Shown here: in pieces, positions 25,696 through 34,996 of the stretch
How positions within the stretch are numbered: the stretch's first letter is position 1
How the letters are laid out: every line of letters begins with the position of its first letter
Source: a virus
Taxonomy: Duplodnaviria > Caudoviricetes
Direction: 5' to 3' (one strand)
Length of the DNA stretch: 64,000 nt
IMG/VR virus record: IMGVR_UViG_2974533118_000001
Location: 6,266-70,265 of that record
Program-made: the position numbers and the translations under genes
The notes under the pieces: model-generated
What the model was told of the DNA's origin: nothing
Seen by the model: the letters and a program-made list of their open reading frames with translations, nothing else
Databases searched by the model: none

Positions 25696-27552
25696 ATGAC
25701 GATTCTGACGAACAAGGCAACCAACCCGGACCAAGTGGCCACCGCTGGAACAACCACGGTGCTGACCAACTTCCTGGGCAACTCCCGCGGACCCTCCACA
25801 ACCTATTGGAACGTGTCCCCGGGTGTTGGTGGTTCGGCCACGCGTGAAGCCGTGCTTGTGGGTGGCCCGGATCCCAGCCTCCCGGAAGGTGGCGGGTTCA
25901 TCCGGTACACGCAGACCGTGGCGAACACTGGCGGAAGCTGCGGCGCCTACTACCGGGACACCGCAGCACTGACCCCCGGGGTGGCCGGTGACACCCGCGT
26001 ATGGCAAGCATGGGTTCGGCCCTCAGTGTCCCGGCAATTCCGCATGTCCGCCAACTTCAAGGACAACGCGGCGGCAGACGTGACCACGGGCACTAGTGCG
26101 TTCAAGGATTGCCCCGCCGGCGAATGGACACAGCTTCCAGACCTCACGGTTACCGCCACGGGCGACTACATGAAACTGCAAGCGTGGCCGGTCACCATTG
26201 GACCTGTTGCCGCTGGCGAGACGTTCGACGTGGTGGCATGGGTGACCCAAGTCCCATGGCCATTATTCGACGGCTACACGCCCAACAATGACGAGTTCAG
26301 CACCTCATGGGTGGGCAGCCCCGGGGTGTCCCTCACGACCCTGACGGCCAACTTGGTGGCTGGCGCCGCCAACAGCGCCGGCACGGGCGGCGCGCTGCGT
26401 GTGTGGCAATCCCTTGACGCCCCGATGAACTCAACCCGGTCTATCAAATCAGTTCAGACCGTGGCGAGCACTGGCGGTTCCGCTGGCCTCATTGTGCACA
26501 CCAACGTGCCCGGGCTGGCCGGGGACGTGCTTAGTGCAAGCTGCTGGGTGAAGTTCAACACTGACCGCTACGTGCGCTTGCTGCTGCGTGCCCTCAACGG
26601 CTCAACGCTGGTTTCCACTGACCTGCCGGGCACGGTCTTTGTCCCGGCGAACACCTGGACTGAGCTCAAGATTGAGGGCACACAGGTAAACGGCGATTAC
26701 ACCCGCATTCAAATCTGGCCGTGGCTGCAAGCTCCCACCGGGTTGCTGGCCGTGGGTGACACCATGCAGTTGGCTCGCATCCTTGTGGTGGACGGCGCCA
26801 AGCTGCCCCCGGATGGGTGGTGGGACGGCGACGAACCCGGCAGCGGCAAATACGTGTTTGCGTGGGACGGCGCGCCGAACGCGTCCACCTCCACCCGCAT
26901 GACCCGGATAGACCTTATCCACTGGTGGACCCGCATGTGGTACGGGCGTTTGCCGGCTGCGTACCAAGACATTGACGCGGTGATTCAGCCCGAAAACGGC
27001 AGTTACCCGCTGCTGAGGTTCATGGACGGGGCCGGTCAGGTGTCCGGGCGTATCCGTGACCTGTCAGACCTCATGAGGTCCGGCAATTTCATGGACCCCA
27101 CGCAGACGCCGGACTACGCGGTGCGGTGGCTCGCGCAGCTTATGGGCGTCACTGCTGCGCAGCGTGCCCTTGACGTGGCCGCGCTGCGCACCTACATGCA
27201 AGACCTTGTGACGTCCGGGCGTCCGGCTGTCGGGACCACGCAAAGCATTGTTGATGCCACCAAGCGGTTCCTGGTGGGTGAACGACAGGTCACCGTGGTG
27301 CCGTCCCCGACGACGGCCCACACCATTCTTGTGCTGGTGCGAACCGATGAAGTGCCGAGCGGTAACCTCACGACGCTGGTAAACCAGATCAGGTCCACGG
27401 GCGTGGTGCCGGCTGGGCATAACCTCGTGGCCCAATTTGCTACCGCTACGTGGGATTCCTATGAGGCTGCGGTGGGTGCCACTTGGTCCGCTGCTGACGC
27501 CAACCAGCCGACATGGCGCGCGGCTGACAGCCTTGGAATCACGCTTAGCTAA
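25696..27552 (+). CDS. Baseplate wedge gpI-like protein with N-terminal carbohydrate-binding-like domains
   Basis: Two beta-sandwich repeats (W..VRPS / W.EL), then RLPAAYQDID...YPLLRF...PDYAVRWLAQLMG. Confidence 0.7.
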   Translation: MTILTNKATNPDQVATAGTTTVLTNFLGNSRGPSTTYWNVSPGVGGSATREAVLVGGPDPSLPEGGGFIRYTQTVANTGGSCGAYYRDTAALTPGVAGDTRVWQAWVRPSVSRQFRMSANFKDNAAADVTTGTSAFKDCPAGEWTQLPDLTVTATGDYMKLQAWPVTIGPVAAGETFDVVAWVTQVPWPLFDGYTPNNDEFSTSWVGSPGVSLTTLTANLVAGAANSAGTGGALRVWQSLDAPMNSTRSIKSVQTVASTGGSAGLIVHTNVPGLAGDVLSASCWVKFNTDRYVRLLLRALNGSTLVSTDLPGTVFVPANTWTELKIEGTQVNGDYTRIQIWPWLQAPTGLLAVGDTMQLARILVVDGAKLPPDGWWDGDEPGSGKYVFAWDGAPNASTSTRMTRIDLIHWWTRMWYGRLPAAYQDIDAVIQPENGSYPLLRFMDGAGQVSGRIRDLSDLMRSGNFMDPTQTPDYAVRWLAQLMGVTAAQRALDVAALRTYMQDLVTSGRPAVGTTQSIVDATKRFLVGERQVTVVPSPTTAHTILVLVRTDEVPSGNLTTLVNQIRSTGVVPAGHNLVAQFATATWDSYEAAVGATWSAADANQPTWRAADSLGITLS

Positions 27553-27553
27553 G

Positions 27554-27583
27554 TTGTAAAAACTTCAACCCACCCCCTATAGT
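27554..27583 (+). promoter_or_regulatory. Possible SigA-type promoter
   Basis: TTGTAA-N18-TATAGT. Confidence 0.45.
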
Positions 27584-27630
27584 TTCTGGGAGACCCCCGG
27601 GGCTATATTGGGGGTAGGGGTTGAGGCAGC

Positions 27631-27671
27631 AAAAAGCCCCCGCGCCGGTCCACCTAGCGCAGGGGCTTTTT
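27631..27671. terminator. Bidirectional intrinsic terminator
   Basis: AAAAAGCCCCCGCGC...GCGCAGGGGCTTTTT. Confidence 0.85.
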
Positions 27672-27690
27672 CAGTAATCGCCACAACTAC

Positions 27691-27721
27691 TGGTGCCAGT
27701 TTATCAGTGGCACCACAAGAT
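27691..27721 (+). promoter_or_regulatory. Possible promoter with palindromic operator
   Basis: TGGTGCCA-N9-TGGCACCA; GTGCCA-N17-CAAGAT. Confidence 0.4.
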
Positions 27722-27773
27722 ATAGCCATGCACGGAATCGCCACACACAACTACACACGAAAGGCAGCAACCA

Positions 27774-28013
27774 ATGTCTAAGCTGCGTCTTGCCCTTGCC
27801 CGGTTCGCCCGTTGGTTCGCCGGCGCGTCACCTGTTCCGGCGCCGGAACCGCCGCGTTCCAGGTTGGAAGAACTCCACGACCAGCGGCTGCAGGGTGTCT
27901 TCCAGCGCGGCATGGCTGCGTTGGAATCACGCCCCGCCAACATGACCGACCGGGACCGGGAAATCCTTGGCCACTCTATTGCCAACATGCTGGCCCGAAA
28001 CGTCACGTCATGA
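27774..28013 (+). CDS. Hypothetical protein
   Basis: GAAAGG RBS. Confidence 0.75.
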   Translation: MSKLRLALARFARWFAGASPVPAPEPPRSRLEELHDQRLQGVFQRGMAALESRPANMTDRDREILGHSIANMLARNVTS

Positions 28014-28237
28014 AGGTGCAATTGATCGGCGGACCCGCTGACGGTGCCGTATTCCAGTTGTCCGACGATAAGGCCAACGCGCTGCAAGTCCCTTGCACCG
28101 TGGTAACCGACAACCCCGCGTTCCAGTCCAAGGAAATCGGCCCGGGCTTCCCATGCGTCGCGACTTATGCCCTTTTCCAGACCCTTCCCAGCGGCACCCG
28201 GATTTTCCGGTTGTCCGGGATCCACAGCAAAGCATGA
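28010..28237 (+). CDS. Hypothetical protein (xxGGPxDG type)
   Basis: ATGA overlap; MKVQLIGGPADG. Confidence 0.75.
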   Translation: MKVQLIGGPADGAVFQLSDDKANALQVPCTVVTDNPAFQSKEIGPGFPCVATYALFQTLPSGTRIFRLSGIHSKA

Positions 28238-29640
28238 TCACCCGGGGCAGTGAGGTGGTGCACAAGCGGAACCACCAACTTGGCAAGGTGATGGGGTTTG
28301 TCCCGGGAGGTTATGAGGTCATGTGGGCCGGTTCCAAGGCCATTAGTTATGAAGACGAACGAACCATTGAATTGCGATTTCCCGACGACGAAAGAGAAGA
28401 ACCCATGAAAGTTATTGCCCTTGAGGCTGAGAACGTCAAGCGTCTGCGTGCCGTCAACATTGGTTTTGACGGCACCTTGCAAGTCATTGGAGGGGACAAC
28501 GGCGAGGGTAAATCCTCAGTCCTTGACGCCATTTGGCTGGCCCTTGGTGGCCGTCAGGCCGTCAGCGAAACGCAGACCACCCGGCCCATTCACGACGGCG
28601 AAAAGGTAGCCACCGCCACGGTGGACCTTGGGGAAATCATTGTGACCCGGACGTGGAAGGACGGGAAAGCCCCCACGGTCAAGGTGACCACCCCGGAAGG
28701 GGCAGAACACAAGTCACCCCAAGCGATCCTTGACGCCCTCACGTCCAAGGTGGGCATTGACCCGCTCGCGTTCACGCTGCTGTCCCCCAAGGACCAGATG
28801 AAGCAACTCTTGGCACTGGTGGAATTGCCCTTTGACCCGGTGGCGTTGGACGAACAGTTCGCCGAGACATTCAAGGAAAGGACCGCCGTCAACCGCCGCG
28901 TTGATGAAATCACAGCGCAGCTAAAGGCGTTCCCTCAGCCCCCGGAAGGTCTCCCGGAACAAGAGATTGACGTCGCGGACTTGGTGGCCGAGTTGCGCCG
29001 TCTGGACGGCCTCCACCGGGACTGGCAGCGCGCTGAGGCCGACTATAAGGAAGCCGTGTCCAGCCGCCGCTACTTCGAGGAACAGCTGGAAGCCGCCAAG
29101 CAATCCGAGGCAGCCGCCGCCCTTGCGCTGGACCACAAACGCAGCGAGGTGGAAACGTCCCCCAACCCGGAAGGACTCCAAGGCAAGCTTGACACCGTGG
29201 GCGAAACGAACAAGGCCGTGAGGCTTGAGAACCAGAGGCGGCAAGGCGTCAAGCTGCTGGGTCAGCACGCAGCCAAGGCCAAAGAGCTCACGGCAAAGCT
29301 TGACAGCATCAAGGACACCCGCGCCAAGGGGCTGGCGGCAGCGAACTGGCCCATTGAGGACCTGGGATTTGATGCTGACGGGCTGACCTACAAAGGCGTG
29401 CCGTTCAATCAGGCGTCCAGCGCCGAACAGATCAGGGTTTCCATGGCCATGGCCATGGCGGCAAGCCCCAAGCTCAAGACCCTGTTCATTCGTGACGGCT
29501 CGCTTTTGGACGGCAAGAACATGGCACTTGTGGCCGAACTGGCAGCCTCCCACGGCTTCCAAGTGATCATGGAACGCGTAGGCGACCATGACAAGGGCGC
29601 AATCATCATTGAAGACGGAACAGTAAAGGCAGCATCCTAA
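28234..29640 (+). CDS. SMC/RecN-like ABC ATPase (alternative start 28405)
   Basis: ENVKR, Walker A GDNGEGKSS, coiled coil, SSAEQ signature, Walker B LFIRDGSLLD. Confidence 0.85.
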   Translation: MITRGSEVVHKRNHQLGKVMGFVPGGYEVMWAGSKAISYEDERTIELRFPDDEREEPMKVIALEAENVKRLRAVNIGFDGTLQVIGGDNGEGKSSVLDAIWLALGGRQAVSETQTTRPIHDGEKVATATVDLGEIIVTRTWKDGKAPTVKVTTPEGAEHKSPQAILDALTSKVGIDPLAFTLLSPKDQMKQLLALVELPFDPVALDEQFAETFKERTAVNRRVDEITAQLKAFPQPPEGLPEQEIDVADLVAELRRLDGLHRDWQRAEADYKEAVSSRRYFEEQLEAAKQSEAAAALALDHKRSEVETSPNPEGLQGKLDTVGETNKAVRLENQRRQGVKLLGQHAAKAKELTAKLDSIKDTRAKGLAAANWPIEDLGFDADGLTYKGVPFNQASSAEQIRVSMAMAMAASPKLKTLFIRDGSLLDGKNMALVAELAASHGFQVIMERVGDHDKGAIIIEDGTVKAAS

Positions 29641-29642
29641 CC

Positions 29643-29897
29643 ATGACACTCAAAGTTGACCCGGGCGAGGCCAAGCGGTTGCTATCCGCTGTGACCAAGG
29701 GAACAGCACGCAGCACCCGGCTGCGTGGCATAGCGGAACGGCGCTATAAGCGAGACCTTGCCCGGGCCAACGAACCCCGCCGTTTGGCGGTGTTGGCAGC
29801 CAAGGAAGCTGGCATAAAAGGCACGGACATAGCCGCCGCCGCTGGCGTGTCCGTGGCCCGTCTTTACCAGATAATTGAGGGCGCTCAAGACGCCTAA
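29643..29897 (+). CDS. HTH DNA-binding protein
   Basis: AGIKGTDIAAAAGVSVARLYQI. Confidence 0.75.
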   Translation: MTLKVDPGEAKRLLSAVTKGTARSTRLRGIAERRYKRDLARANEPRRLAVLAAKEAGIKGTDIAAAAGVSVARLYQIIEGAQDA

Positions 29898-29914
29898 AAC
29901 GTCAAGGGGGGGAC

Positions 29915-29944
29915 TTGGTAAATGTCGCCCCCGTGCACTACTGT
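29915..29944 (+). promoter_or_regulatory. Possible SigA-type promoter
   Basis: TTGGTA-N18-TACTGT. Confidence 0.5.
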
Positions 29945-30344
29945 GAAACCGTTCCACCAAATCGCCACAAACTACAAGGACGTGATTCTCCTGGACCTTA
30001 TCCAAGCCGCCCACGAACTACCGCCGTTGACGCGGGAACAGGGCAAAGCCGTTGTTCTGGAAGCGCTGCGCATGACTTATGAAGTGCTGCCAGCGGACGC
30101 CCCCATTGAACAGACAGCCCGGGCCGTGGCCTTGTGCTTGCGTGGCGAGGTTTCAGCCCGTGAGCTTGAGGAAGCCTATGCGCTGTGGCTGCTGCGCACG
30201 CAGATAGCTGACCCCAACGGCGACCTTGAGTGGTTGCTGGACCTCCCGAACACGGAAGCCAACCGCGAGGCCGAACAAGCCACCGCTGAGGGCAACCTGC
30301 TGGCCTCCATCAACGCCATTCTTGACAAGGCTGGCGTCAAGTGA
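29922..30344 (+). CDS. Hypothetical protein (true start probably near 29982)
   Basis: Helical ORF coupled by a GTGA overlap to the exonuclease gene. Confidence 0.65.
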   Translation: MSPPCTTVKPFHQIATNYKDVILLDLIQAAHELPPLTREQGKAVVLEALRMTYEVLPADAPIEQTARAVALCLRGEVSARELEEAYALWLLRTQIADPNGDLEWLLDLPNTEANREAEQATAEGNLLASINAILDKAGVK

Positions 30345-31294
30345 CCGCCGTTGCCGAGGTCACGCAGTACGTCGACCACTCCATCCCCGGCCACAAGCCC
30401 GGAAGCGACGAATGGGTCAAGTTCCTGACGGCCTCCAAAATCGCGGCAATCATGGGCCACAGCACCTATGACAGCTATTTCAGCATGTGGCACCGCATGG
30501 CCGGGACCATTGCCCCGGACGAACCAAGCGAGGAAGCCCTGCGCGGCCACTACCTTGAGCCGTCCATTTCCAACTGGTTTGCCGACCAAATGCCCGGTTA
30601 CACGCTGTTGCCAACGGGCATGTGGGTGGCCAAGGACAACCCCCGGTTCGCCGCCACCCCTGACCGCTTCATGGTCCCGAAAAATCCGGGCATGAAGCTT
30701 TCCTTGGGCGAGGTAAAAAGCTCCAATAACGATTGGGAGTGGGGCACCGAGGACACCGAGGAAGTGCCCCTCGGCTACTACGACCAGACACAGTGGCAAA
30801 TGCGCTGCATCCGAACGTACTACCCGGAAATTGAGGGCGTGCACGTTCCCGTGCTGACCACCGGGCTGAACTTCGCCAAGTATTACGTCCCATGGGATCC
30901 CGACTACGTGGAAATCCTGGAAGCCCGGGCAACCGAGTTCATGGACAAGCTGGAAGCCGGGGAATCCCCCAGCATTGACCCCATGGACGGGCACCTGCAG
31001 ACGTACACCGCCATAAGGAAGCTGCACCCGGACATTGAGCCGCGCAGCGTGGAAGTGACCGACGACGAGGCCCGGGCGTTCTTCGCGGCACACGCCGAGG
31101 ACAAGGAACTTGCCCTGCGGTTGCAAGCCGCCAAATCGGTCATTGCCGCCAAGATGGGCAACGCCCAAACCGCCAAGTGGCGTGGCCGAAAGATATTCAC
31201 CCGCATGTCCAAGCAGGGTGGAACGCCCTACCTGACCGCAGCCCGGGGACTTCCCACTGCTGACCTCCTGAAAGAAATGGAACCCGCCGAATGA
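30341..31294 (+). CDS. YqaJ/RecE-like exonuclease
   Basis: LTASKIAAI...GHYLE...ATPDR...EVK...YYDQTQWQM. Confidence 0.9.
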   Translation: MTAVAEVTQYVDHSIPGHKPGSDEWVKFLTASKIAAIMGHSTYDSYFSMWHRMAGTIAPDEPSEEALRGHYLEPSISNWFADQMPGYTLLPTGMWVAKDNPRFAATPDRFMVPKNPGMKLSLGEVKSSNNDWEWGTEDTEEVPLGYYDQTQWQMRCIRTYYPEIEGVHVPVLTTGLNFAKYYVPWDPDYVEILEARATEFMDKLEAGESPSIDPMDGHLQTYTAIRKLHPDIEPRSVEVTDDEARAFFAAHAEDKELALRLQAAKSVIAAKMGNAQTAKWRGRKIFTRMSKQGGTPYLTAARGLPTADLLKEMEPAE

Positions 31295-32238
31295 CCAACG
31301 CAGCCCAAGACCGTGCCGTTGTCCTGCAAGACCAAGTTCGTGGCCTCCTGTTGCACCACCGCCGCCAACTGACCAGCACGCTGCCGTCCCACCTCAAGGA
31401 CAAGGGCGACGCGTGGCTGTCCGGGGCGCTCGCTGCCCTGCAACGTGATCCGAAGCTTGCGGCCGCAGCCCTCAACGCACCCCACACCCTCATTTCGGCG
31501 CTGTCCGAGGCAGCACAAAAGGGCTTGAACCCCGGAACCCCGGAATACTACCTGACCCCGCGCCGGAACAAGGGGCAGGAAGAAATCCTTGGGATCACGG
31601 GCTACCAAGGCGAAATTGAGCTCATTTTCAGGGCCGGGGCCGTGGCCACCATTGTGGCTGAGGTTGTCCACGAAAACGACACGTACACCTACGTGCGCGG
31701 CGTCCAAGACCGGCCCGTCCATGAGATTCCAGGTGGCAACTTTGGGGCCATGGCCAACCGGGGCAAGATGGTGGGCGTCTACGCGTACTGCATCATGAAA
31801 GACGGCAGCGTGTCCCGGATTGTGGAACACGGCGCGGACCATATCGCCAAGGTCAAGGCTGAGGCTCAAGGCGCTGACGGCAACTATTCCCCATGGAAAA
31901 AGTGGGAAGACCAGATGTGGCTCAAGACCGCCGTCCACTCTCTCAGCAAGTGGGTGCCCACGTCCGCCGAGTACATCAGGGAACAGCACCGTGCCGTGGC
32001 CGTAGGGGCAGCTACCGCCGTCCCGGAAGCCGCCAAGGGCAACGCCGGTGGCGCACCAACAGGCGACACGCCCCGGCCGGCACCCGCCAATATCAACGAC
32101 GACCCTAACCCGGGTGGAGAATTTGAAGACCTTGGGGAATCTCAGACCGTGCACACCGGAACTGGTGAGACGTTCGAGAACGACCCAACCGCCGCGTCTT
32201 GGGGTCTTGGGGATCCCGAAGCGCAGCAACAGAACTAA
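31291..32238 (+). CDS. recT: RecT-like recombinase
   Basis: GLNPG...YYLTP...GYQGEIELIFRAG...VGVYAY...PWKKWEDQMWLKT. Confidence 0.92.
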   Translation: MTNAAQDRAVVLQDQVRGLLLHHRRQLTSTLPSHLKDKGDAWLSGALAALQRDPKLAAAALNAPHTLISALSEAAQKGLNPGTPEYYLTPRRNKGQEEILGITGYQGEIELIFRAGAVATIVAEVVHENDTYTYVRGVQDRPVHEIPGGNFGAMANRGKMVGVYAYCIMKDGSVSRIVEHGADHIAKVKAEAQGADGNYSPWKKWEDQMWLKTAVHSLSKWVPTSAEYIREQHRAVAVGAATAVPEAAKGNAGGAPTGDTPRPAPANINDDPNPGGEFEDLGESQTVHTGTGETFENDPTAASWGLGDPEAQQQN

Positions 32239-32272
32239 GTAACGCCACAACGAACAAAGGAACAGCATCAAA

Positions 32273-32425
32273 ATGTCTGGGGTAGAGAATCACCTGTTTG
32301 CCGGAGTCCGCGACTCCCGCACTTGGCCGCGTCACAAGCGTAAGGCCGTCAGCCGCAAGGCAGCCCGTAAGGCCATTGCCCGGGCTGCTCAAGCCAAGCG
32401 CGACGCTATCAGGGGTGACCGGTAG
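32273..32425 (+). CDS. 50-aa basic microprotein (absent from the ORF track)
   Basis: AAAGGA RBS; MSGVENHLFAG...RKAARKAIARAAQAKRD. Confidence 0.6.
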   Translation: MSGVENHLFAGVRDSRTWPRHKRKAVSRKAARKAIARAAQAKRDAIRGDR

Positions 32426-32427
32426 CC

Positions 32428-32694
32428 ATGGCACGTTCAAGTCTGGGGAGCATTTCCGAGGTCCGGGACGCGTTGAACCTTGGGGGTTCGGTGCGTATTA
32501 CTGGCACGTCCGTGGGAATGGACGGGCGAGGGCTGCGCATTGCCGACAATGCGTTCCTCAAGTGCTGCAACCGCTGCGGCAACACCTATGAGACCGCGAC
32601 ACGGCGGCAGCCCGTCATGAGGTTGTGCCAGGACTGCAAGGACGTGCTGAGTCCGCAGGAACGGCGCGGGTACATGGTCCGGGTGGCGAAATGA
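32428..32694 (+). CDS. Zn-ribbon protein
   Basis: CNRC...CQDC. Confidence 0.7.
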   Translation: MARSSLGSISEVRDALNLGGSVRITGTSVGMDGRGLRIADNAFLKCCNRCGNTYETATRRQPVMRLCQDCKDVLSPQERRGYMVRVAK

Positions 32695-33008
32695 GCGAGC
32701 CAACAGGACAAGAGGAAAAGCCAGTTTGGCGCGACGGCGGACCCGGCAGCGTCAAGGGGCTGGCGTATCAGGCGAACGAGGAAGCAATCCGGGCAGCATA
32801 TGTGGAAGCTCTCGCGTCTGTCCGGCACCTCAACCGGGAAGAGCTCACGGAAAAGGTCACTCCCATGCATGGGCGGACTGAGTACACGCTGAACTATGAC
32901 GCGTGCAAGGGCTTGACTGATATTCAGAAAGTGGCTTTGGCCTACGGCGGCATACCCCCGTTTGGTGGGAGTGTGCGAGGCATCCGGGTGACCGTCTACA
33001 ACGACTGA
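32691..33008 (+). CDS. Hypothetical protein
   Basis: ATGA overlap. Confidence 0.7.
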   Translation: MSEPTGQEEKPVWRDGGPGSVKGLAYQANEEAIRAAYVEALASVRHLNREELTEKVTPMHGRTEYTLNYDACKGLTDIQKVALAYGGIPPFGGSVRGIRVTVYND

Positions 33009-33075
33009 CCCCGCTACACCTCTCACCACATCACCAGACCGCCGCACGACACATTCACCACCAAGGGGGGATTCC

Positions 33076-33594
33076 ATGCCGTTACATGCCGTGGAGTCCC
33101 CCACTGTGTCGCGCCCACGCTCGCTCAACCGCGAGGGGAAGACGCCGCCAATGTCAGGCAAGGACACACGCGCCTACATCACCGTGACCAATGAACTATT
33201 TGACCACCCCAAGTTCAAGCGCATAAAGAACCCTTACGCGCAGCTGTACCTCATTGAGCTTTGGACCTACTGCAACAGGTACAAGACGGACGGCAGAGTT
33301 GACCCGGACACCCTCATGGAACATGGCGAGGACGTAGGCGCCGAGCTCATAAAAATTGGGTGGGTCACTGGACCTGACAAAGACGGTGACTACTGGATGC
33401 ACGACTACCTCAAGCACCAGAAATCCAAAGCCGAGATTGAGGGCTTGACCCGCCACCGGACCACCGCCGCGCAGTACGGCAACCACACCCGCTGGCATGA
33501 AGCCAAGGACGTTTACGAGGCTTCCTGTGGGTTCTGCACTGGCGACCTGGAACCACCGCGGACCAAAACCAGCAAAAAGGTTCATTCCAGCTAA
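33076..33594 (+). CDS. Replication initiator-like protein, N-terminal domain only (alternative start 33151)
   Basis: RAYITV...DHPKF...WTYCNRYKTDG...YWMHDYLKHQKSKAEIE matches the actinophage RepA-like N-terminus. Confidence 0.7.
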   Translation: MPLHAVESPTVSRPRSLNREGKTPPMSGKDTRAYITVTNELFDHPKFKRIKNPYAQLYLIELWTYCNRYKTDGRVDPDTLMEHGEDVGAELIKIGWVTGPDKDGDYWMHDYLKHQKSKAEIEGLTRHRTTAAQYGNHTRWHEAKDVYEASCGFCTGDLEPPRTKTSKKVHSS

Positions 33595-33672
33595 CACACA
33601 GCTAATCCCGGGTTTCTCACAGGAAACTCACAGCGACATTTTGGGGGTCAAAAACCCCTAGAATCCGCCGAT

Positions 33673-33810
33673 CTATCGCATTTGTGATCGCAAGTGTGAT
33701 CGCAAATGTGATCACAAAACGATCGCAAACGTATCGCAAAACGATCGCAAACGTATCGCAAAACCGTCGCACCATAACCAGAACCAGAACCACAACCAGA
33801 ACCACAACCA
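33673..33810. repeat. Iteron-like array, candidate replication origin
   Basis: About 9 ATCGCAA-like units at 11-12 bp period: TGTGATC(G/A)CAA three times, an exact 22-bp tandem at 33719-33762, then CCA(G/C)AA repeats. Confidence 0.75.
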
Positions 33811-33923
33811 ACAAAACAGTGTGGGTCACCTTTCGTACTTGTAGAGGTGCTGAGAAATTCAAAACGTCCAGTAAGTTAACGCGCGAGCCACACGCAGACC
33901 ACCACACGAAAGGAAAAGCCAAC

Positions 33924-34283
33924 ATGACCACCACACCCGCCGGCATGACCAACAACCAAGCCGCCCTGATAGCCGCCACCACAGCCAACGCCAACCGCAT
34001 GGTCAGCAACAGCGAGCTAGTCCAAGCCACCATGGGATTCAAAAACCTACTCGACACCTTGGACCAAGCCGACGCAGACAAAGCCCAAGCCGCCCGAATC
34101 CAAGCAATGCCCGGGTACTGCCTCCACCACCTCAAAGAAAAAGAGCGGGACGCGTACATGTACGGCAGCAACAGCCCCCACCAAGTCCGCCGCATCATCA
34201 ACAACGGCGAACAATGCAACGAACGCGAATGCTTCCAAACCGACCCCACCAACCACCAACCCAAGAAAGCAACAGAAAAATGA
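33924..34283 (+). CDS. Hypothetical protein
   Basis: GAAAGGA RBS; ATG 33924. Confidence 0.75.
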   Translation: MTTTPAGMTNNQAALIAATTANANRMVSNSELVQATMGFKNLLDTLDQADADKAQAARIQAMPGYCLHHLKEKERDAYMYGSNSPHQVRRIINNGEQCNERECFQTDPTNHQPKKATEK

Positions 34284-34996
34284 CCCCCACACCTGACACA
34301 ACCTCTATTGACCACGCGCCACTGTCCACAACTGGGGAAAACCCTGTGGATAAGCTCATTGCCTCCATTCAGGCCGCGAGGGAGGGCATCACCCCGGCAA
34401 AGGCGCTGGCCCTTGTGGAGGAAACAGCGGCGACCCTCACGGAAGTGCTGCCAGCGGACGCCCGGGAACGGCTGTCGCGGCTTGGTGGGGCTTTGGCGGC
34501 ACCACGCCCCAGTGAGGCCGCGCGGGACGCTGAGGCGCTAAGCCACCGGCAGGACGCCAAGAGGTGGACGGCGCAAGCTCGCGCGGCTGAGGAACGGGCC
34601 GAAAGCTTGTTTGCCATGAGCCCGGAAGAATGGCGGCTGCAGAAGACCGCCAAGGAAACGCAACAGGCCAAGCGCAGCGCGGAACGGCAGGAAGCCCGGG
34701 ATGGGTCCATTTCGGTGGACATAACCACTGAGGTGACCGACACGGTGCAAGTGACCAAAGAGGAAATGAGCGCAGCCGGCTGGCACCACGAAAGCCAGTG
34801 CAAAAGCGGCCATGAGGAAATGGCGGGGGTTACCACGGTGGACGAGGCTGCGGCGTTGCGTGCTGACACCCACTACGCCCTCCAGGATTGGCACGACCGG
34901 GCGCACGGCCTCATTCAGTGGGCCAACTGCCCCCATGAGCCTTGCAACGTCCTGCCGGAAGCCGCCAAGGTCTTCAAGATCGGGGGTCGGTCATGA
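34280..34996 (+). CDS. Hypothetical protein
   Basis: ATGA overlap; C-terminal His/Cys cluster. Confidence 0.7.
   Translation: MTPTPDTTSIDHAPLSTTGENPVDKLIASIQAAREGITPAKALALVEETAATLTEVLPADARERLSRLGGALAAPRPSEAARDAEALSHRQDAKRWTAQARAAEERAESLFAMSPEEWRLQKTAKETQQAKRSAERQEARDGSISVDITTEVTDTVQVTKEEMSAAGWHHESQCKSGHEEMAGVTTVDEAAALRADTHYALQDWHDRAHGLIQWANCPHEPCNVLPEAAKVFKIGGRS

Noticed and set aside
33592-33777. Stop-codon readthrough or recoding restoring a full-length Rep
   Set aside because: Both TAA and TGA stops interrupt the frame several times, other genes use all stop codons normally, and no suppressor tRNA was seen
33673-33810. Repeat array as a CRISPR
   Set aside because: Units are 11-22 bp and contiguous with no unique spacers, and no cas genes are present
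33684-33923. N-terminal extension of ORF 33684-34283 (MIASVIANV...TRTRTTT)
   Set aside because: A translation of the iteron repeats; the RBS supports ATG 33924
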